The notes beneath the pieces were generated by a model. It was not told the DNA's origin and made no database searches. It was given only the letters and a program-made list of their open reading frames with translations. From positions 24,666 to 48,665 of the forward strand of contig CAZCUM010000018.1 in NCBI GenBank assembly GCA_964502015.1: a stretch of DNA of 24,000 nucleotides. Reading direction: 5' to 3'. Each line of letters begins with the position of its first letter. Position 1 is the first letter of the stretch. Position numbers and translations under genes: made by a program. This DNA is from an uncultured Robiginitomaculum sp. GTDB taxonomy: Bacteria > Pseudomonadota > Alphaproteobacteria > Caulobacterales > Maricaulaceae. Shown piece by piece: positions 18,085 through 24,000 of this stretch.

Positions 18085-18708
18085 ATGCGTACACCGGACC
18101 AGACTTCGTTTTTACATATATTTGGCCTGCTTGGACTATGGGGCGCATTATTTATCTGTGTGCATCTGCTACATTTTCGCTTCTTTATTGTTGATGTGGT
18201 GTTTTATGCGGCCTTTTTTGATGTGTTTTTATCGGCGGGTTTTTTGGCATTGATCTACGTGTTTTTCCTGCGCAAGCGTTTGAAAATCAGCCCGCAAAGC
18301 CTGGTCTTGTCTGGTTTGCTCGGTCTAAGCTGCGGGTATATATTTGCCATCACAGTGCCCACCGTTATCGACCGGTCTTTGTCTGCCTATATTTTGGAAA
18401 AACTGGTACAAAGGGGTGGAGCGGTGCAAGAAAATGCGCTCAACCGGATATTTGCCGAAGAATATATCCCCGAGTTCAGGCTCATGGATGTACGCTTGCA
18501 AGAAGCCCTCAGCTCGGGAACTGTGGTGATTACGGGCGGATGTATCCGGATCACCGCCAAGGGCAAACGGGTGGCGGGATTAACGCAATTTTACCGCCGC
18601 AATTTCCTGCCCAAAAAACGTCGTTTACTTGGCGAAGTCACGGACAGTTTGATTGAGCCATTTAAAAGCTCAAACGCAAATGTAGATTACATATGTACAG
18701 CGAAATAA
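18085..18708 (+). CDS. Integral membrane protein with a C-terminal winged-helix-like soluble domain; function unknown
   Basis: 207 aa. The N-terminal half has about 4 hydrophobic helices. The C-terminal ~110 aa has a wHTH-like pattern (LSAYILEKLVQRGGAVQENAL...LQEALSSGTVVITGGCIRITAKGKRV). It is divergent from the GT2 gene. I recognise no family. Confidence 0.55.
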   Translation: MRTPDQTSFLHIFGLLGLWGALFICVHLLHFRFFIVDVVFYAAFFDVFLSAGFLALIYVFFLRKRLKISPQSLVLSGLLGLSCGYIFAITVPTVIDRSLSAYILEKLVQRGGAVQENALNRIFAEEYIPEFRLMDVRLQEALSSGTVVITGGCIRITAKGKRVAGLTQFYRRNFLPKKRRLLGEVTDSLIEPFKSSNANVDYICTAK

Positions 18709-18782
18709 AAGGCCAAAATAAAGGCCCAAAAACAGCCTAGCGCGCTCCCTGACAAATCATATCCACTTGAAGATTACCGGGA

Positions 18783-20303
18783 TTAAATCTTCTGGTCGTA
18801 TTCCCCAATCTCTTCGTATTTAGCCAGCCTTGCCTCTATCTCGCGAAACATATTGGTTTTATTTTCTTCAGACGTGGGGCTTTCGACCACAACCACCAGG
18901 TTGGGCGTGTTGGAACTTGCGCGCACCAGACCCCAGGTGCCGTCTTCCAGGGTGACGCGGACACCGTTGACGGTGTTAATGTCGCGGATGGATTGCCCGA
19001 GCAATTTATCACCATTTTTAAAAGCCTCCTGATACTCGGCAATGACCCTATCAACCACGCCGTATTTTTTCTCGTCGTCGCAATAAGGGGACATAGTTGG
19101 ACTGCCCCAGGTTTTGGGCAAGGCCCGGCGCAGATCGGCCATAGACTTGTCCGGATTTCGGTCAAGCATTTGCAAAATGGCAATGGCCGATAAAATACCG
19201 TCATCATAGCCGCGCCCGATGGGGGCGTTGAAAAAATAATGTCCGGATTTCTCAAACCCGACCAATGCACCAATTTCCTTGCTCCGGCGTTTGATATAGC
19301 TATGCCCGGTTTTCCAGTAATCGGTTTTGGCGCCGTTAGCAATCAACACAGGATCGGTAGCGTAAAGCCCGGTGGATTTCACGTCCGCCACGAATTGCGC
19401 GTTTTCAAATTTGGCCGAGAGATCCCGCGCCAGCATCACCCCGACTTTATCGGCGAAAATTTCTTCGCCTTCATTGTCCACCACGCCGCACCGGTCACCA
19501 TCACCGTCAAAACCAACGGCCAAATCAGCCCCGTGTTCCTTGACCGCATCTTTCATGGCTCCAAGCATTTTCATGTCTTCGGGGTTGGGATTATAGGCTG
19601 GAAAATTATGATCGAGACTGCACTGTACCGGGATAACCTCGACCCCGATTTTATTTAAAACATGGGGGGCAAATGCGCCCGCCGTACCGTTACCACAAGC
19701 GGCCACAACGCGCAATTTGCGCTTGATTTTAATGTCCTTGGCCAGATCGCGCATATAAAGTCCGGCCACATCATCTATAAATTCATAACCGCCGCCGCTG
19801 CGCATCGCCGCCTTGCCGGACAGGGCAATATCTTTCAGGCGGCTCATTTCGTCGGGGCCAAAGGTTAAAGGTCGCTCGACCCCCATTTTTACCCCCGTCC
19901 AGCCATTGGTATTGTGGCTGGCCGTCACCATAGCCACGCACGGTACATCCAGAGCAAATTGCGCGAAATATGCGGTCGGCGACAAGGCCAGGCCTATATC
20001 TTTCACCTCAACCCCCGCACTCATCAAGCCGACAATAAGCGCTTGTTTGATCGACAGGGAATAAGAGCGGTAATCATGACCGACCACGATTTGCGGGCGC
20101 ACACCCAGCTCAAAGATCAACGTACCCAGAGATGCACCGAGCATCTGGATGCCGTAAAGATTGATCTCGGGCGGTTTGTCACTGCCGTGATGCCCAAACC
20201 ACCAACGCGCATCATATTCCCGAAACCCAGTCGGTTTGATCAAGGCGCGTGTTTCAAATAATGCCGAGTTTGGTTTAATAGCGTCAAGTGGTTTTTTCAT
20301 CAT
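18783..20303 (-). CDS. Phosphomannomutase/phosphoglucomutase (alpha-D-phosphohexomutase superfamily)
   Basis: Active-site Ser loop TASHNTNGWTGVK, metal loop GFDGDGDRCG and sugar loop GFEKSGH. I prefer the start MMKKPLDAIKP at 20303 over the track start at 20369. Confidence 0.9.
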   Translation of the reverse strand: MMKKPLDAIKPNSALFETRALIKPTGFREYDARWWFGHHGSDKPPEINLYGIQMLGASLGTLIFELGVRPQIVVGHDYRSYSLSIKQALIVGLMSAGVEVKDIGLALSPTAYFAQFALDVPCVAMVTASHNTNGWTGVKMGVERPLTFGPDEMSRLKDIALSGKAAMRSGGGYEFIDDVAGLYMRDLAKDIKIKRKLRVVAACGNGTAGAFAPHVLNKIGVEVIPVQCSLDHNFPAYNPNPEDMKMLGAMKDAVKEHGADLAVGFDGDGDRCGVVDNEGEEIFADKVGVMLARDLSAKFENAQFVADVKSTGLYATDPVLIANGAKTDYWKTGHSYIKRRSKEIGALVGFEKSGHYFFNAPIGRGYDDGILSAIAILQMLDRNPDKSMADLRRALPKTWGSPTMSPYCDDEKKYGVVDRVIAEYQEAFKNGDKLLGQSIRDINTVNGVRVTLEDGTWGLVRASSNTPNLVVVVESPTSEENKTNMFREIEARLAKYEEIGEYDQKI

Positions 20304-20492
20304 GGGGTCCCTAATTTTGCAGCGTTTTACAAGGTTAATATGAAGCAAGAGTAACATTATGCAAAGCAATTTTACAATATGAGAATTACGGCGCGCGGGT
20401 TATAGTTGATAGAAAAACGATTGCCGCCACATTTACGATCGGTAGTCAAAATATAGACGCGTATCGCGGCCCATAATTGAAATGTTCTTGCC

Positions 20493-21350
20493 CTAAACCC
20501 CCAACTCCCCTTCAAATTCCAACTCCACCGGGCCGGTCATTATGACGTGGTTATCGCTCTCTCGCCATTCTATGTGCAGATCGCCGCCGTCCATTATCAC
20601 TCGTGCGCTACGACCTGTACGGTTTTGACGGTTGGCAGCGACCAGGGCGGCGCAGGCTCCGGTACCGCAGGCTTTGGTGAGGCCTGCGCCGCGCTCCCAG
20701 ACCCGCAGGCGGATTTCGCTTCGGCTCTTGATCTCGGCAAACCCGACATTGCACTGCTGCGGGAATAAAGGATGATATTCAATCATAGAGCCGATTTTTT
20801 CGACCGCCACCGTTTCGGCATCATCCACGAAAAACACGCAGTGGGGATTGCCCATATTGACGGCCCCGGGGCGGGCCAGAACGGGGGCGTCTATAGGCCC
20901 GACTTTCACGTCGATAACCCGGGTGTCCATATATTCCTTGAGGGGGATTTCGTCCCATTTAAGGCGCGGCTCGCCCATGTCTACGGCGACAGAAAACCCG
21001 CCTGTCCTCCTGGTTTGTAGCAGCCCGGCATTGGTCTCTAACATGACCTTGTCGCGCCCGGTCTCAACCATAACCAGCCAAGGAATACATCTGGACGCAT
21101 TGCCGCACGCATCAACCTGCCCCCCGTCCGCGTTCCAAATTTCCATAAATACATCTGCGCTTTCGAATTTGGCATTTTCAACTTTAGGCGGTCGCATAAT
21201 GATGATCTGGTCTGCGCCAAGCTTGCCCATGGGGCCACTCTGAGCCGCAGTGGCCTTGGCCAACTCAGAGGTCATGACAAAACTGGCGGATTTTCGGGCG
21301 TCAAACACCCCAAACCTGTTGCCGGCACCATTCATAATATAAAATTTCAT
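20493..21350 (-). CDS. dapF: Diaminopimelate epimerase
   Basis: MKFYIMNGAGNRF start and both catalytic Cys contexts (DACGNASRC and KACGTGACAA). I prefer the start at 21350 over 21374. Confidence 0.95.
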   Translation of the reverse strand: MKFYIMNGAGNRFGVFDARKSASFVMTSELAKATAAQSGPMGKLGADQIIIMRPPKVENAKFESADVFMEIWNADGGQVDACGNASRCIPWLVMVETGRDKVMLETNAGLLQTRRTGGFSVAVDMGEPRLKWDEIPLKEYMDTRVIDVKVGPIDAPVLARPGAVNMGNPHCVFFVDDAETVAVEKIGSMIEYHPLFPQQCNVGFAEIKSRSEIRLRVWERGAGLTKACGTGACAALVAANRQNRTGRSARVIMDGGDLHIEWRESDNHVIMTGPVELEFEGELGV

Positions 21351-21543
21351 GACAGCCTTATAGTCGGGCCGCACAAGCAGGGCAAGCCGCCTACGCCGCC
21401 TGGCTATTTTCTACACATATATCGTAAAAACCTTGCTTGACGGGGCTGGCTGGGTGGTTTATGTCGCACCAACTTGGAATATAGCCTGATTTAGGCTACA
21501 TATAATGTATTTAAATACTTAAAGACACTTAAAGGATATTGGC

Positions 21544-21882
21544 ATGGCACGTCGTTGCGATTTAATGGGCACAGGCCCAATGAGCGGGAATAATGTTTCT
21601 CACTCCAATGTGAAAACAAGACGCCGGTTTGAACCAAATTTGTGTAATGTGACGCTAACATCGGACACACTTGAGCAAAAATTCAAAATGCGTGTAACGG
21701 CAGCGTCTTTACGAACCGTTGATTTCAAAGGCGGTCTTGACGGGTTTTTGCTCGGCACCAAAAATGCAAAACTGACGGATAAAGCGCGCAAAATCAAACG
21801 CGCTTTGGTCAAAAAAATAGCTGAAGCCGCACCCGAAACCGCCCCCGAAACCGCCCCCAAAACCGCCCCCAAAACCGCTTAG
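21544..21882 (+). CDS. rpmB: 50S ribosomal protein L28 with a repetitive C-terminal extension
   Basis: MARRCDLMGTGPMSGNNVSHSNVKTRRRFEPNLCNVTL... is canonical alphaproteobacterial-type L28. The tail is AAPETAPETAPKTAPKTA. Confidence 0.95.
   Translation: MARRCDLMGTGPMSGNNVSHSNVKTRRRFEPNLCNVTLTSDTLEQKFKMRVTAASLRTVDFKGGLDGFLLGTKNAKLTDKARKIKRALVKKIAEAAPETAPETAPKTAPKTA
21829..21876. repeat. Four tandem 12-nt units (gcMcccRaaacc) inside the rpmB 3' end
   Basis: Read directly: gcacccgaaacc, gcccccgaaacc, gcccccaaaacc, gcccccaaaacc. They are in frame and encode (A-P-E/K-T)x4. Confidence 0.9.
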
Positions 21883-21928
21883 AGTTATTTTTCGAAAGCG
21901 CTATAGAATCACACTTCGCCGCAAGGCG

Positions 21929-22621
21929 TTGATTGCGCTTGTCGTGTTATTAACTCTGGGTTTTTTGGCTGATTTTTTGGTGTCCCATCGTCATTTACCG
22001 TGGCGCGGACTTGATATGGATGCCCCGGTTGGTTTGGCAACAGGGGCAAAAATTTCCCTTATTGCATTAGCCCCCAGCCGTGTGTGCCTGAACAAATTAA
22101 GCCAGGCACAACACTTGGACTATGCCCAGGCCGCACCCAAAAACGAGGGCAGGACTTGTGGCTGGACTATTGCCGCCAACATGACCGGAGCAGGCGGCTC
22201 AAAATTTCGCCCCCACACGGTCACGGCCCAATGCCAGGTCGTGTTGGCGTCCTATATCTGGCTTTTGGAAGTCGATGGCCACGCCCAAAAATATCTGGGC
22301 AGCGGGCTCAAAAAAACCCATCACACGGGCACGTATTCATGCCGCCGCCAACGCGGTAATGCTTCGGGTACCTGGTCCCAGCACGCCTTTGCCAATGCCT
22401 GGGACATCACAGGCTTTGAGCTTGAAGACGGGCAGGTGATTTCCATTACCAAACATTGGCGCAGTGATGGCAGCAAAGTGGCCAAGGCGCGCAGTAAATT
22501 TCTCAAAAAAAGCCGTGCTTCCGCCTGTAAATTGTTCAATGTGGTGCTGACACCAGATTTTAACGCGGCCCACAAAGACCATTTTCATCTTGACCAAGGC
22601 CCCAACTCGTCCTGTCATTAA
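21929..22621 (+). CDS. Extensin-like C-terminal domain protein (membrane-anchored or secreted)
   Basis: N-terminal hydrophobic anchor. The C-terminal region (CGW...SYSCRRQRGNASGTWSQHAFANAWDITGF...HKDHFHLD) matches my recollection of the extensin-like_C family common in Alphaproteobacteria. The TTG start is uncertain because the frame is open further upstream. Confidence 0.7.
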   Translation: MIALVVLLTLGFLADFLVSHRHLPWRGLDMDAPVGLATGAKISLIALAPSRVCLNKLSQAQHLDYAQAAPKNEGRTCGWTIAANMTGAGGSKFRPHTVTAQCQVVLASYIWLLEVDGHAQKYLGSGLKKTHHTGTYSCRRQRGNASGTWSQHAFANAWDITGFELEDGQVISITKHWRSDGSKVAKARSKFLKKSRASACKLFNVVLTPDFNAAHKDHFHLDQGPNSSCH

Positions 22622-22728
22622 AATTCACCGTCAAACCAAGGGTTATAACCTATCGTGTCATCAGGCCATGACAGCCGCGCTTGTTCTGGTTTGAAAAACA
22701 GCCTATAATCACGCCCAAAGGATCAATT

Positions 22729-23268
22729 ATGCACTTATTGGGAATTATTATTGCGGTTGCTACGGCCATTTTTTGGGTGAGCCGGGCGGCCAGAGGGGCC
22801 AAAGATGTGGCAGATGTCGCCAAGACTTTGCGCAATATGCCGCGCCGGATGCGGTTTAAAAACAAAGCGGGCAAGCGCGGGCTGGATTTAATCGATAATC
22901 CTAGGGAAGCGGCAACCATCCTCATGGTCAGCATTGCCAAATTATCCGATTATTCCGCTGCCCATGACGGGCTTATTAGCGGCGCATCCACAGGACGGAT
23001 TATTGATATACTAAAAACTTATATGAAAATATCAGCAGTGGAAGCGGATGAGCTTTTGACCCAAATGCGCTGGAACGTCAAAGACCTGGCGCAAGCAGAC
23101 ACAGCCTTAGCCCCTATGACCAATGTATTGTCAGGCACTATTCGCCGCGCCGAAGCCGATGACCTTTCCGACATGCTCCAGAAAATCTCCCATGCGGACG
23201 GCAAACCAAACCCCGAACAAAGAGCCTTTATAGCAAGGGTGCGAGAGCGGTTAGGCCTGGAGGCGTAA
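22729..23268 (+). CDS. Membrane-anchored TerB-like / DjlA-N-like domain protein (conserved hypothetical)
   Basis: I prefer the ATG at 22729 (AAGGA RBS). It has one N-terminal TM helix (MHLLGIIIAVATAIFWV), a basic linker, then a helical domain with the ending typical of TerB-like proteins. The family assignment comes from memory only. Confidence 0.5.
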   Translation: MHLLGIIIAVATAIFWVSRAARGAKDVADVAKTLRNMPRRMRFKNKAGKRGLDLIDNPREAATILMVSIAKLSDYSAAHDGLISGASTGRIIDILKTYMKISAVEADELLTQMRWNVKDLAQADTALAPMTNVLSGTIRRAEADDLSDMLQKISHADGKPNPEQRAFIARVRERLGLEA

Positions 23269-23276
23269 GGGGGCAA

Positions 23277-23310
23277 TAAAAAACGGCCCGCCGAGCGGCG
23301 CACCGTTTTT
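23277..23310. terminator. Bidirectional rho-independent terminator between convergent genes
   Basis: AAAAAACGG-CCCGCCGAGCGGCGCA-CCGTTTTT. Outer stem is AACGG/CCGTT and inner stem is CGCC/GGCG around a 4-nt loop. An A-run precedes it and a T-run follows. Confidence 0.6.
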
Positions 23311-23335
23311 CGTTATCATAAATGAAAAGCAAAAC

Positions 23336-24000
23336 CTAGTCGTCATCGCCTGTAAGCTCTGCACCGGTTTCCTGGTCAACAACTTTCATGGAGAGGCGAA
23401 CCTTGCCGCGCTTGTCAAAGCCCATGAGCTTGACATAGACCTCATCGCCCTCGGACAAATGATCTTTCGGATGCTCAACCCGCTCGGAAACAATTTGGCT
23501 GACATGGACAAGACCGTCGCGTTTGCCAAAGAAGTTCACAAACGCGCCGAAGTCCATAACCTTGACCACTTTACCTTTGTAGATCACGCCTTCTTCCGGC
23601 TCGGCGGTCAGGCCTTCGATCCAGTCTTTGGCGGCTTCAATAGACGCCGCATCATTGGAAGCAAGCTTGATCGTGCCGTCGTCTTCAACACTAACACGTG
23701 CGCCTGTGACTTCGACGATTTCGCGGATAACCTTGCCGCCCGTACCAATCACGTCGCGGATTTTATCAACCGGAATTTTGATGGTGACAATGCGCGGGGC
23801 AAATTCGCCAACATCTTCGCGGGCCTCAACCATGGCCTTGTTCATCTCGTCCAGGATATGTAAACGTCCGCCGCTGGCTTGTGTGAGGGCGTCTTTCATA
23901 ATGTCCATAGTGATACCGGCGATTTTAATGTCCATCTGCAAGGATGTGATACCGTCTTTGGTACCAGCGACCTTAAAGTCCATATCACCAAGATGATCTT
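23336..24000 (-). CDS. pnp: Polynucleotide phosphorylase, C-terminal part (end of PH domain 2, KH and S1 domains); the 5' end lies beyond the window
   Basis: The translation ...[24 protein letters not shown]...[20 protein letters not shown]...[15 protein letters not shown]...GKVRLSMK is canonical PNPase. The frame stays open to the window edge. Confidence 0.95.
   Translation of the reverse strand, partial: DHLGDMDFKVAGTKDGITSLQMDIKIAGITMDIMKDALTQASGGRLHILDEMNKAMVEAREDVGEFAPRIVTIKIPVDKIRDVIGTGGKVIREIVEVTGARVSVEDDGTIKLASNDAASIEAAKDWIEGLTAEPEEGVIYKGKVVKVMDFGAFVNFFGKRDGLVHVSQIVSERVEHPKDHLSEGDEVYVKLMGFDKRGKVRLSMKVVDQETGAELTGDDD

Noticed and set aside
18709-18782. Possible terminator GGCC-aaaataaa-GGCC between the convergent membrane-protein and phosphomannomutase genes
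   Set aside because: The stem is only 4 bp and has no proper T-tract, so it is not convincing.
21829-21876. Whether the 12-nt tandem repeat could be a CRISPR or mini-satellite array
   Set aside because: The units are contiguous with no spacers, lie in frame inside rpmB, and no cas genes are present. It is a coding microsatellite.

Overview
A tRNA-Arg(ACG) gene at 16212-16288 (minus strand) divides the window into two parts.

Left part (1 to about 16211). This is an AT-richer accessory block. Spot counts of a few 60-nt lines give low-to-mid 40s %GC, against low-to-mid 50s %GC on the right. It contains:
- A minus-strand operon of a Ycf48-like BNR-repeat lipoprotein and an RND/MMPL-like exporter. 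The exporter runs off the window start.
- A GntR(FCD)-family regulator.
- A tightly packed 14-gene plus-strand operon. It encodes a six-component phenol hydroxylase (dmpKLMNOP-like), a XylT-type ferredoxin, catechol 2,3-dioxygenase and a DUF336/GlcG-like protein. It also encodes the dehydrogenase branch of the meta-cleavage pathway: HMS dehydrogenase, hydratase, acylating acetaldehyde dehydrogenase, HOA aldolase and 4-oxalocrotonate decarboxylase.
- No HMS hydrolase (dmpD/xylF) and no 4-oxalocrotonate tautomerase (dmpI/xylH).
- About 300 bp of non-coding debris after the operon, then an N-terminally truncated large serine recombinase gene. Its reading frame runs into the 3' end of the tRNA. 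This is the layout of a decayed tRNA-linked genomic island.

Right part (16289-24000). This looks like alphaproteobacterial core genome: a GGCT-like protein, a GT2 polyprenyl-phosphate glycosyltransferase, a membrane protein with a wHTH-like tail, phosphomannomutase/phosphoglucomutase, dapF, rpmB (with a tandem-repeat tail), an extensin-like-domain protein, a TerB-like protein and the 3' part of pnp.

The most interesting non-obvious signal is a 27-nt promoter/operator-like block. It is shared by the phenol hydroxylase promoter region and the Ycf48-like/RND promoter region, which flank the GntR gene. There is no sigma54/NtrC-type control. I saw no CRISPR array, intact mobile element or recognisable defence system.
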